From an uncultured Spirochaetota bacterium (lineage in GTDB: Bacteria; Spirochaetota; Spirochaetia; SZUA-6; CAVTHK01): a stretch of 64,000 bases of DNA. This document shows positions 28,293 through 38,465 of the stretch, in pieces (within the stretch, counting starts at the first letter, position 1; each line of letters starts with the position of its first letter). The notes beneath the pieces were generated by a model. It was not told the DNA's origin. It searched no databases and saw only the letters and a program-made list of their open reading frames with translations. A program made the position numbers and the translations under genes. Where the stretch lies: assembly GCA_963734495.1 (NCBI GenBank), contig CAVTHK010000001.1:736001-800000 (forward strand), read 5' to 3'.

Positions 28293-28873
28293 AACGCGAC
28301 CTTGGGGGCTTCCTTGGCCTTTTCGTCGGCCTTGAAGTACTCCTTGCGCTCGAGGTGCAGGAGGATGCTGTTCGTCAGGGAGTTGGGGAAGCTCCTGATC
28401 GAGTAGTTGAAGGTCTCCACCGCGGCGTTGTATCGCTGGCGCGCCACGCTGATGCGGTTCTCGGTGCCCTCGAGCTGGTTCTGAAGGTCCTGGAAGTTCT
28501 GGTTGGCCTTGAGGTCGGGATAGGCCTCCGCGACGGCGAGAAGGCGTCCGAGCGACGAGGACAGGGCGTTCTGTGCGGCCTGGAACCGCTCGACCGCCTG
28601 CGGGTTGTTCAGGTCCTCGGCCTTGAGCGTGATCGAGGTGGCTTTGGCGCGCGCGTCGACGACCGCCTGCAGGGTGTCTTTTTCATGAGTGGCGTAACCC
28701 TTGACTGTGGCGACGAGGTTCGGGATGAGGTCCGACCGGCGCTGGAGCTGCGACTCCAGATCGCCCCAGGCCTTGGAGACCGCCTCGTCGTTTCCCTGCA
28801 TCGTGTTGTAGCCGCAGGCCGAGAGCGCGACGACGACCGCGACCAGAATTGTCCCGCGAATCCAGTTTTTCAT
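28289..28873 (-). CDS. lemA: LemA family lipoprotein
   Basis: [38 protein letters not shown]. Confidence 0.93.
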   Translation of the reverse strand: MKNWIRGTILVAVVVALSACGYNTMQGNDEAVSKAWGDLESQLQRRSDLIPNLVATVKGYATHEKDTLQAVVDARAKATSITLKAEDLNNPQAVERFQAAQNALSSSLGRLLAVAEAYPDLKANQNFQDLQNQLEGTENRISVARQRYNAAVETFNYSIRSFPNSLTNSILLHLERKEYFKADEKAKEAPKVAF

Positions 28874-28969
28874 GGGCCCCCCGTTTCGCGCACAGTTTAG
28901 GGGAATCTCGCCGCGGCATCAACCGTGTCGCTCGACGCGACTCGACCCGGGGCGCCGCGTGGCGGGGGG

Positions 28970-29113
28970 TCAGGGCCGGCGGGCGCGGATCGCGCGAGGC
29001 GAGATGCCGAGGATGGTGCGCGCCAGGGAGACGCCGAGCAGCCTGCTCGCGATCCTGAAGAGCACGCCGGCTGCGCCGAGACCGGCGATCGCCGCGATCA
29101 TGACAGGGGCCAT
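28970..29113 (-). CDS. Possible 47-aa small membrane protein
   Basis: MAPVMIAAIAGLGAAGVLFRIASRLLGVSLARTILGISPRAIRARRP*; high GC3; below the ORF-track size cutoff. Confidence 0.4.
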   Translation of the reverse strand: MAPVMIAAIAGLGAAGVLFRIASRLLGVSLARTILGISPRAIRARRP

Positions 29114-29254
29114 GCCTATAGGATCGGCTGGTTCGGCTCGACCCCTGAACGGAGCCTCGACCTGCCGGAAACATGTAACTTGTAGTGACGCGGGGGCGAG
29201 GCCCTTTCCTCACAGTAAGATCGCGCTCATACTTGTCGGAAAAAGGAGGCCACC

Positions 29255-31632
29255 GTGGACAAGCCGCTTTCCCCGGATCTGCTCGCAAAGATGGACGCCT
29301 GGTGGCGCGCAGCGAACTACCTCTCGGTCGGGCAGATCTACCTCTACGACAACCCGCTGCTCAGGCAGCCGCTCACGCTCCAGCACGTGAAGCCGCGGCT
29401 CCTCGGCCACTGGGGGACCACGCCGGGGTTGAACTTCATCTACGTCCACATGAACCGGCTGATAAAGCAGCTCGACCTCGACGTGATCTTCGTCACCGGT
29501 CCCGGCCACGGCGGCCCCGGGCTCGTGGCCAACACGTACCTCGAAGGGACCTACAGCGAGGTCTACTCCGACGTGTCGCAGGACGCCGAGGGCATGAAGC
29601 GCCTGTTCGCGCAGTTCTCATTCCCGGGCGGCATCCCGAGCCACGTGGCGCCCGAGACGCCGGGCTCGATCCACGAAGGCGGCGAGCTCGGCTACGCGCT
29701 CTCTCACGCCTACGGCGCCGCGTTCGACAACCCCGACCTGCTGGTCTGCTGCGTGGTCGGCGACGGCGAGGCGGAGACCGGGCCGCTCGCCACCGGCTGG
29801 CACTCCAACAAGTTCCTCAACCCGGCGCGCGACGGCGCGGTGCTGCCGATCCTCCACCTCAACGGCTACAAGATCGCCAACCCGACGATCCTCGCGCGGA
29901 TCCCCCGCGAGGAGCTGGAGGCGCTGCTCCGGGGCTACGGCCACACCCCTTACTTCGTGGAAGATGAAAATGAAGGCAGCCGCCCGGAGGTCCTTCACCA
30001 GCTCATGGCTGCCACGCTCGACCGGGCGGTCGAGGAGATCCGGCGGATCCAGGCCGAGGCGAGGGCCGGCGGGTTCACGGGCCGGCCGGCGTGGCCGATG
30101 ATCGTGCTGCGCACGCCCAAGGGCTGGACCGGGCCGAAGGAGGTGGACGGCCTGCAGACGGAAGGGTCGTGGCGATCGCACCAGGTGCCCTTTTCCGAGA
30201 TGGCCGAGAAACCGGCGCACGTCGCGCTGCTGGAGAAGTGGATGAAGAGCTACCGGCCCGAGGAGCTCTTCGACGCCGACGGGAGGCTGCGTGCCGGAGA
30301 TCGCGGAGCTCGCGCCGGCGGGCCGCAGGCGCATGGGCGCCAACCCCCACGCCAACGGCGGGCGAGCTGCTGCGCGACCTGCGGATGCCCGACTTCCGCG
30401 GCTACGCGGTGGCGGTGCCAAGGCCGGGCGGCGTCGCAGCCGAGGCGACGAGGGTGTTAGGCGGCTTCGTGCGCGACGTGCTCAAGCTGAACCAGGGGAG
30501 CCGCAACTTCCGCGTCTTCGGCCCCGACGAGACAGCCTCCAACCGCCTCGGCGCGCGTGTTCGAGGCCACGGACCGGGCGTGGGCGGCGGAGCGCCTCCC
30601 CGGCGACGACCACCTCTCGCCCGACGGCCGCGTGATGGAGGTCCTGAGCGAGCACCAGTGCCAGGGCTGGCTCGAGGGCTACCTGCTCACCGGCCGCCAC
30701 GGCCTCTTCTCGTGCTACGAGGCCTTCATCCACATCGTGGACTCGATGTTCAACCAGCACGCCAAGTGGCTCAAGGTGACGCGGCACATCCCGTGGCGGA
30801 GGCCCATCGCGTCGCTCAACTACCTGCTCACCTCGCACGTGTGGCGCCAGGACCACAACGGCTTCAGCCACCAGGACCCGGGCTTCATCGACCACGTGGT
30901 CAACAAGAAGGCCGACATCATCCGCGTCTATCTGCCCGCCGGACGCCAACACGCTGCTCTCCGTGGCCGACCACTGCCTGCGCAGCCGCAACTACGTGAA
31001 CGTCATCGTCGCGGGCAAGCAGCCCGCGCCGCAGTGGCTCGACATGGACGCCGCGGTCAAGCACTGCACCGCGGGGCTCGGCATCTGGGAGTGGGCGTCC
31101 AGCGACGGCGGCGGCGAGCCCGACGTGGTCATGGCCTGCGCCGGCGACGTGCCGACGCTCGAGACGCTCGCGGCGGTCGACCTGCTGCGCAAGCACCTGC
31201 CCGCGCTCAAGGTCCGCGTGATCAACGTCGTCGACCTGATGACGATCCAGTCGCGCTCCGAGCATCCCCACGGGCTCGACGACCGCGACTTCGACCAGCT
31301 CTTCACCAAGGACAAGCCGATCATCTTCGCCTACCACGGCTATCCGTGGCTGATCCACCGGCTCACCTACCGCCGGACCAACCACGACAACCTGCACGTG
31401 CGCGGCTACAAGGAAGAGGGGACCACGACGACGCCCTTCGACATGGTGGTGCTCAACGACCTCGACCGCTTCCACCTGTTCGCCGACGTCATCGACCGCG
31501 TGCCCGGCCTCGCGCCGCGAGGCGGCGCACCTCAAGCAGATGATCCGCGACCGGCTCATCGAGCACAAGCAGTACATCCGCCGCTACGGGCAGGACATGC
31601 CGGAGATCCGCGACTGGAAGTGGTCCTGGTAG
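29255..31632 (+). CDS. xfp: Xylulose-5-P/fructose-6-P phosphoketolase, ~5 frameshifts
   Basis: [58 protein letters not shown]; frame changes near 30290, 30360, 30555, 30940, 31520. Confidence 0.92.
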
Positions 31633-31711
31633 GGGTCGGGTCGGGCGCCGGGAGCCGGGGGTGTTCGGGCGCGTGCTGGCGCGGCGGGCGGGCCGGGTCT
31701 ATGATTCCCCC

Positions 31712-33056
31712 GTGAGCGCGTCGCCGGGCCGCGACTGTACCATTCGTTTCCCCGCGGGCTTCCTCTGGGGGGCGGCGACCGCGGCGCACCAGGTCGAGGG
31801 CGGAAACCGCTGGAACGACTGGTGGCGCTGGGAGCATCGCGCGCCCGACGTCCCGCCGACGCTGCAGAGCGGTGACGCCTGCCGCCACTGGGACCGGTAC
31901 GACGCGGACTTCGCGCCTCGCCGCCGCGGACGCGCACAACGCCCACCGCCTGTCGATCGAGTGGAGCCGCATCGAGCCCGAGCGGGGGCGCATCGAGGCG
32001 GCCGCCGTGTCGCACTACCACGACGTGTTCGCGTCGCTGCGGCGGCGCGGGCTCGCCCCGATCGTCACGCTGCTGCACTTTACGCTGCCGGCCTGGGTCG
32101 CCGACCTCGGGGGCTGGGAGGCCGCGGAGACGATCGAGCGGTACTGCGGGTTCGTGCGCTTCTGCGCCCGCGAGTACGGCGGCGAGGTCGACTGGTGGTG
32201 CACGATCAACGAGCCGGAGGTGCTGGCGTTCGAGGCCTACGTCGATGGGATCTGGCCGCCCTGCCGCCGCGACATGGACGCCGCGCTGCAGGTGATCGCG
32301 AACCAGCTCGACGCCCACCACCGCGCCTGCCGCATCCTGCACGACGAGGACCGCATCGACGCGGACGGCGACGGGCAGGCCGCGCGCGTGGGCTTCGCGA
32401 AGCACGTGGTGCAGCTCATCCCCCGGCGGCCCTGGTCGCCGCTCGACCGCCTGCGGACGAGGGTGGAGGACCGCATCTTCAACGACGCGGTGATCGAGGC
32501 GGCCGTGACCGGCAGGATCCGGCTGCGGGTCCCCGGATTCAAGGCGGTCAGGCGGGACGTGGGCGGGCGCGAGCGGAGCCTCGACTGGTTCGGGCTGAAC
32601 TACTACACACGCAGGACCGTCGACGCCACCGGCGGGAGCGGACACGCGGCGCGCGCAGGCGCGGAGGTCAACGACCTCGGCTGGGAGATCTTTCCCGCCG
32701 GCCTGGCCGCCGCCGCCGAGCGCGCCGCGTCGGCGGGCGCGCCCGTGCTCGTGACCGAGCACGGCTTCGCGGACGCCGCGGACGCGTTCCGTCCGCGGGC
32801 GCTGGTCGAGTCGCTGGCCGCGCTCGGACGCGCCATCGAGCGAGGCGCGCCGGTGCTCGGCTATCTCCACTGGACGCTGATGGACAACTTCGAGTGGGCC
32901 GAAGGCTGGCGCGCCCATTTCGGGCTCTACCGCGTCGACGCCCTCGTCGACCCGTGCGGCCGCGCCCGCACGCGCAGCGCGGACCTGCTTGCGCGCATCG
33001 CGGGATCCAACGAGATCAGCGCGGAGACCGCGGCCGAGGCAGGGACGCGGCTGTAG
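31712..33056 (+). CDS. Glycoside hydrolase family 1 (beta-glucosidase-like), frameshift near 31915
   Basis: [50 protein letters not shown]. Confidence 0.9.
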
Positions 33057-33111
33057 GCATTGCGTGTTCGCGGGGCCGCCGCAGGGGCGGTCCCGCTCAA
33101 AGGAGGACACG

Positions 33112-34812
33112 ATGAAGGTCACCCGCATGGGGCTTGCGCTTCTGGCGCTGGCGCTCGCGTTGGTCGGCTGCGCAAGCACGCCGAACCGGCTGCTCGATGG
33201 CTCCGAGCAGTACGCAAAGGAGGCGGCACGGCTCTACACCGAGGGGTCGTACGAGGAGTCGGCGGCCGGATACACCAGCAGCCTGGCCGAGCTCGACAAG
33301 TCAATCGACGAATGCCTCGCCGATCCGCACTGCGTGTTTCCCGGGAGTCAAGGTCAGCTGAAAGCGTCACTCTACGCGAACAGGGCGCTGTCGCGCATCG
33401 GTGCCGGAGACTATAAGGGGGCGGCCGACGATGCCCGCAAGTCGATCTCCACCTTCGAGAGCCCGCGGGGACGCTTCGCCCTGATCCTGGCCACGGCCGC
33501 CGCGGGCCAGACGGACGCGGCCCGGGCGGAGGTGCCGAAGCTGCGCGCCCAGGACCCGGCAAAAGCCAGCGAGGCCGAGTCGGTGCTGCGGAGCCCGGAT
33601 CCCGCCGCTGCCGTCAAGCAGGCGTTTTACGCGAGGACGCCTTTCGCCAGAGGCATCGATGCGTACAATTCCAAGAACTACAAGCTCTCCCTCCAGCTCT
33701 GGCTTACCGTGGCCGAAAAGGGAGACTCGGCCGCGCAATACTACGTGGCGCTGCAGTATCTGGAAGGCCTCGGAGTGGAGCAGAGCGATGCCAAGGCGTT
33801 CGCGTGGTTCCTCAAGGCAGCGCAGCAGGGGCACCTCCAGTCGATGTCGGAGGCCGGCTTTTCCTATCGGTACGGCCGGGGAGTCAAGCAGGACAACGGC
33901 GAGGCGTTCAAGTGGCTGCAGCCGGCCGCGGAAAAGGGCGACATCCGGGCCTGCTACGAGCTGGGGATGGTCTACTACCACGGCGAAGGCGCGCCGAAGG
34001 ACCACCAGGCGGCGTTCAAGTGGTTCCGGCGAGCCGCCGACGGGAAGAATCCCGACGGACAGGTGATGCTGGGCTACATGTACGAAAACGGCCAGGGCGT
34101 GAAAGCCGACCCGGCGAAAGCCGTGGAGCTCTACGGGCTCGCCGCGGACCAGGGGAGCCCGCTCGGGCAGTACAACCTGGCCGTCATGTACCAGTACGGC
34201 ACCGGAGTCGCCAAGGACGAAGAAGAGGCCGTGCGCCTGTACAGGTCCGCGGCCGACAACGGCTACGAGGATGCGGTCGAGGCCTTGAGAACGATGGGCA
34301 ACGAGGGATCAGCCGCGGCCCAGTACGAGCTCGCTTCCGTGCTCCTCGAGGGCAAAACAGTTGCCCGCAACGACGGCGAGGCCGTCGCGCTCCTCTCCCG
34401 GTCCGCGGACCAGGGCCATGCGGAAGCGCTGGAAACCCTCGGGGATCTCTACGTCGAAGGCAAGCACGGGGTGGCGCCCGACCCGGCTCGCGGCGAGCGG
34501 CTGCTCCTCGCCGCCGCCGAGCAGGGCAGAGTGGGAGCGATGCTGAGCCTGGGCCGCCTCTACGCCACGGGCAAGGCGACGGTGGGCAAGGACCTGGTTC
34601 GGGCCTGCATGTGGTACAAGGTCGTCCAGGCACGGGAAGCGCTTCTGGACGACCTGTCCCCGCTGGGTTTTCTCAAAGGCCTGTTCGGCGAGCCTCCGTC
34701 GGAAACCGCGGCAAAAGCCCTGAAAGAGCTGGAAAAAGGCATGACCGCGGCACAGACGGGCGAGGCGAGCGGCAGGGCCACGGACTGGATGATGAAGCAT
34801 CTGACGCTGTGA
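33112..34812 (+). CDS. Lipoprotein with TPR and multiple Sel1-like repeats
   Basis: SD AAAGGAGG, lipobox LVGC, repeated LG.MY..G.GV..D...A..W...AA.QG. Confidence 0.88.
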   Translation: MKVTRMGLALLALALALVGCASTPNRLLDGSEQYAKEAARLYTEGSYEESAAGYTSSLAELDKSIDECLADPHCVFPGSQGQLKASLYANRALSRIGAGDYKGAADDARKSISTFESPRGRFALILATAAAGQTDAARAEVPKLRAQDPAKASEAESVLRSPDPAAAVKQAFYARTPFARGIDAYNSKNYKLSLQLWLTVAEKGDSAAQYYVALQYLEGLGVEQSDAKAFAWFLKAAQQGHLQSMSEAGFSYRYGRGVKQDNGEAFKWLQPAAEKGDIRACYELGMVYYHGEGAPKDHQAAFKWFRRAADGKNPDGQVMLGYMYENGQGVKADPAKAVELYGLAADQGSPLGQYNLAVMYQYGTGVAKDEEEAVRLYRSAADNGYEDAVEALRTMGNEGSAAAQYELASVLLEGKTVARNDGEAVALLSRSADQGHAEALETLGDLYVEGKHGVAPDPARGERLLLAAAEQGRVGAMLSLGRLYATGKATVGKDLVRACMWYKVVQAREALLDDLSPLGFLKGLFGEPPSETAAKALKELEKGMTAAQTGEASGRATDWMMKHLTL

Positions 34813-34821
34813 ACGCGGCCG

Positions 34822-35886
34822 TCACGAGGGGTCGCGGAGACGCCGGCGCAGAGGGAGTCGAACGGAGGCGAGAAGGACCACCGCGATGCTTGCGGCCTTG
34901 AGCACCTGCACGAGCGGAAATCCGGCAACGGAGACGCCCGCGATCGCGTCCGTCGCGTGGAAGGACAGGAGGTCCACGGCCGTGACGACGCCGTACAGCA
35001 GCGCGCCGATGAGCGCGGTCGCGAGCGGGCCTCCGAGCGATCGCCCCGCCCGGCCGACCAGCACCGCCGCGCCGGCACCGCCGGCCGTGAGAGCCGCGAT
35101 CACCGCCGCCTGAAACGGCTTGCGCAGGTAGTACCAGTCGTGGGTCCCCGCGATCGTCCTGACGACCTCGGTCAGGGCCCGGCCGGCGCCGGAGAGCTCC
35201 CAGGCCGCGGCCACGGCAAGGCCGGCCGCCATCGCCGCCCACGCCGGCCGTCGCCTGCCTCCCGCGGCGCGCGCCGACCACGCGGCCGCGGCCGCCGCCG
35301 CCAGCAGCAGGCCGGCCACGGCCGTCTTTCCCGCGGAACGGTCCGATTCGTTCCAGGCGGGCGCCCCGCGGTCCCGCGGCGCGGCGCTCGGGGCGACCCG
35401 CGTGTCGCCCCTGTACGCCGGGAGCGCGCCCAGGCGCGCGCCCGCAGCCGAGGGCGCTCCCGACCGGACCCTGACGAGGTCGGTCGTGGCGCTTCGATCG
35501 CGCGTTTCCCAGTCGCCCGTCGGGCTCAGGTAAACGACGGCGACGACGAAGGCGAGGTCCTCCCGCGGCTTCACCTGCGGCTCGAACAGGTAGGAGCCCG
35601 GCGCGACGACCAGGCGGCGGCCGCCGCTGGAGAGGAAGCCCGCGGACCGGCGGCTCCTGTCGGTCCCATGCAGGTCTACGACGAGCCAGGTCGGCACGTC
35701 CGCCTTCTTCACCGTTATCTTCAGGGGCAGGGGCTGCCCGACCGCCGCGTAGGCAGGCGCCTGGACCGTGACCCAGTCGGCTCGCTGATTGAGGCGGTCC
35801 AGAGCAAGCCACACGGCGACGGCCAACGCGGCGACCGCAGCCGCGGCCGCGGCAGCTCCGAGCGAGCGCCTGTCTGTCGGCTTCAT
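34822..35886 (-). CDS. Hypothetical membrane protein
   Basis: N-terminal TM, soluble beta-rich domain, ~5 C-terminal TM helices with WY..RKPFQ. Confidence 0.6.
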   Translation of the reverse strand: MKPTDRRSLGAAAAAAAVAALAVAVWLALDRLNQRADWVTVQAPAYAAVGQPLPLKITVKKADVPTWLVVDLHGTDRSRRSAGFLSSGGRRLVVAPGSYLFEPQVKPREDLAFVVAVVYLSPTGDWETRDRSATTDLVRVRSGAPSAAGARLGALPAYRGDTRVAPSAAPRDRGAPAWNESDRSAGKTAVAGLLLAAAAAAAWSARAAGGRRRPAWAAMAAGLAVAAAWELSGAGRALTEVVRTIAGTHDWYYLRKPFQAAVIAALTAGGAGAAVLVGRAGRSLGGPLATALIGALLYGVVTAVDLLSFHATDAIAGVSVAGFPLVQVLKAASIAVVLLASVRLPLRRRLRDPS

Positions 35887-36117
35887 CGCTCAAGAAAGAT
35901 ACCGTTCCAGCGCCCGGAAAAAAACGCGGCCGCCCGACGCGTGCCGCGTGGGTCGGTCGTCACGAGCTGAGGGTGCGCCGGTGTCAATCTCCCGAAGCCG
36001 CGGTGTTTCAATCGCTCCAGTGGCACGGCGCGGGCAGCGCGCCCCGCGTGTCGGGAATTGTTGATCGCGCCCCGGTTTGACGCGATATTTGACGAATACC
36101 GGGGAAGGGGGGGTCTC

Positions 36118-37404
36118 TTGCCGCTCTCGAAGATCAAAGTAACCATGCTCGCGGCCTGCCTGATGGCGGCCGCCTCCGCGGCCGCGCCCGCTCTCGAGTT
36201 GGACTTCGGGGCCTTCGTCGACAAGGTAGCCGCTTCGAGCCGGGCGCTGCGCCTTGCGCGGCTCGACGTCTCCTCGGCCGAGGCGGACAAGACCTCGGCG
36301 GTCGCGGCCGCGCTGCCCCGCGTCGGCGCTTCGGCCGGCTACGGGAGGGAGCTCCTCGCCCTCACGAGCCCTTACCAGGTCCCGTTCCACAACCAGCTCC
36401 AGGCCGGCGCCACCGTGAGCCAGAACATCCTCAACCTGAGCGTCCTGTACGCCGTTCGCGCCTCGGGCTACCTCGACGACATGGGCCGCGAGCAGCTCGA
36501 AGCGGTCCGGCAGGCGGTGATCAACGGCGCCCGCAAGGCGTTCTACGGGGCACTGCTTGCCCGCGAAGTGCGCGACGTGAGCGTGGAGTCGGAGGCGGCG
36601 GCGCAGGACAACTACGACAACGTCCGTCTCCGCTTCGAGAACGGCGCGGCGAGCGAGTTCGACCTGCTGCAGGCGGAAGCGGCCCACCTGGCGACGATCC
36701 CCGCGCGCATCCGCGCGCAGCGCGACTACGAGGTGGCTCTCAACTCGCTCAAGACCCTCGCCGGGATCGGAATCGACGAGGCCCTGGAGGTGAAGGGTTC
36801 CCTCGAAGCGCCCTCCGCGCAGCCGCAGCCGTCGCCGGGGTCGGCGAATGAGGCCCTGCAGCGGCGCCCGGACCTCAAGGCGCAGGAGCTGCAGAAAGAG
36901 CTTCTCGACATCAACGTGCGCGCCGCCCAGTCGCAGCACTACCCGACGCTGGCGGCGAGCCTCTCCTACTCGGCCTACGTGCTCTCGGACGGGTCCGCGC
37001 CGGACAACAACTACGACTCTCTGACGCTGGGCCTCCAGCTCTCGGTCCCCATCTTTTCCGGCGGGGCCGTCGACGCCGCGGTGCGCAAAGCGCGGATCGA
37101 CCGTGACAAGTCCGAAACGCGCGTCGAGGACCTCGCTGACCAGATCCGCGCCGACGTCCGCAACGCCGAGCTCAGGCTGCAGGAGGCCGCGCGCGCGGTC
37201 GACGCTTCGGCGCGCAGCGTGCAGTCGGCCGAGCGTGCCTACGACATCACCCAGACGCGGGTCGCCAACGGCGCCGCGACGCAGCTCGAGCTCACCTCCA
37301 GCCGGATCGCCCGTGACCAGGCGAAGGTCGGCTACTACTCGGCGGTCTACGACCTGCTGTCCGCCCGCTTCGACTGGGAGCAGGCGACCGGCTCAGTCCC
37401 CTGA
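36118..37404 (+). CDS. TolC family outer-membrane efflux protein (start TTG 36118 or ATG 36145)
   Basis: RFENGAASEFDLLQAE, RPDL, LSVPIFSGG; first gene of a tripartite operon. Confidence 0.88.
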   Translation: MPLSKIKVTMLAACLMAAASAAAPALELDFGAFVDKVAASSRALRLARLDVSSAEADKTSAVAAALPRVGASAGYGRELLALTSPYQVPFHNQLQAGATVSQNILNLSVLYAVRASGYLDDMGREQLEAVRQAVINGARKAFYGALLAREVRDVSVESEAAAQDNYDNVRLRFENGAASEFDLLQAEAAHLATIPARIRAQRDYEVALNSLKTLAGIGIDEALEVKGSLEAPSAQPQPSPGSANEALQRRPDLKAQELQKELLDINVRAAQSQHYPTLAASLSYSAYVLSDGSAPDNNYDSLTLGLQLSVPIFSGGAVDAAVRKARIDRDKSETRVEDLADQIRADVRNAELRLQEAARAVDASARSVQSAERAYDITQTRVANGAATQLELTSSRIARDQAKVGYYSAVYDLLSARFDWEQATGSVP

Positions 37405-37418
37405 AAGGAGCTTTTCCC

Positions 37419-38465
37419 ATGATGAAAGCGAGAATCCGGGCCGCCGCCCTGGCGGCAGCGGCGTTTATTGCCCTCGGCGGATGCGCCCAGCGCGGCCCCG
37501 CCGCAACCAAGGACCAGGCGGCCGACCCCGGGAAGGCCGTGCCCGTGCGCGTGCAGCGCCTGGAGCCGCGGGATTTCGTGGACTACCTGCGCGTCACCGG
37601 GACCGTGCTCGCGCGCAGCAAGATCAACGTCGTCGCGGAAGAAGGCGGCATCCTCAAGCGGGTGCTCGTGGACAAGGGCAACAAGGCCGATGCCGGCGCC
37701 GGCCTCGCCCTGCTCGACAACCCGGTGCTCGTAGCCGGCCGCGACCAGGCGGCAGCGGCCCTCAAGCAGGCCGAGCTGGACCAGGCGACCAAGAAGGCGC
37801 TCTTCGACAAGAAGGCGATCGCGGAGAACGAGTACCTGTACTCCACCTACTCGCTCGAGGCCGCCCGCGCGGCGTACGCGCTGGTCCAGGCCAGGGTCGA
37901 CAAGCTCACGCTCCGGACCCCGATCCCCGGGATCGTCAACCGCCGCTACTATGACCTCGGCGCGTACGTGACGCCCATGACCCCCGCCTTCGAAGTCATC
38001 GACATGGACCAGCTGCGCGTGCGGGCGGGCGTGGCCGAACGGTTCATAGGCGACGTCGGCCTCGGCACGCCGGTGGACGTCACTTTCGACGCCTTTCCGG
38101 ACGTCACGATCACGGCTCCCATCACCTACGTATCGCGGGACATCGATTCGCAGAGCCGCACGTTCGACGTCGAGGTCCAGTTCGACAATCCCGGCCGCCG
38201 GATCGCGCCGGCCATGGTGGCCAACCTGCGCGTCCGCTACCAGTCGCTGCACAACCGGATCGTCATCCCACTCGACTCCCTCATCGAGGGCCCGAACGGG
38301 TGGTACGTGTTCGTGAACCAGGGCGGCAAGGCGAAGCGCGTGGACGTCCAGCAGCTTTCCGTGAGCGGCTCGGAGGTCCTCGTCGAAGGGCTCGCGCCGG
38401 GCCAGGACCTCGTCGTGTCCGGACAGCGCTCCTTGAGCGAAGGCGACCTCCTGGAGCTCAAATGA
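37419..38465 (+). CDS. RND periplasmic adaptor (membrane fusion) lipoprotein
   Basis: Lipobox LGGC, lipoyl-like motifs, TPIPGIV, SRTF.VEV, GL.PGQ.LVVSG. Confidence 0.9.
   Translation: MMKARIRAAALAAAAFIALGGCAQRGPAATKDQAADPGKAVPVRVQRLEPRDFVDYLRVTGTVLARSKINVVAEEGGILKRVLVDKGNKADAGAGLALLDNPVLVAGRDQAAAALKQAELDQATKKALFDKKAIAENEYLYSTYSLEAARAAYALVQARVDKLTLRTPIPGIVNRRYYDLGAYVTPMTPAFEVIDMDQLRVRAGVAERFIGDVGLGTPVDVTFDAFPDVTITAPITYVSRDIDSQSRTFDVEVQFDNPGRRIAPAMVANLRVRYQSLHNRIVIPLDSLIEGPNGWYVFVNQGGKAKRVDVQQLSVSGSEVLVEGLAPGQDLVVSGQRSLSEGDLLELK

Noticed and set aside
29255-31632. Programmed frameshifting or true pseudogenisation of xfp
   Set aside because: No canonical slippery heptamers seen, motifs are fully conserved, and similar indels occur throughout the window; sequencing error is more parsimonious
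32750-32770. GH1 nucleophile motif TEHG instead of TENG
   Set aside because: The catalytic Glu is retained; a minor variant
33700-34620. Periodic ~108-nt similarity
   Set aside because: Explained by Sel1 protein repeats; no constant repeat with unique spacers
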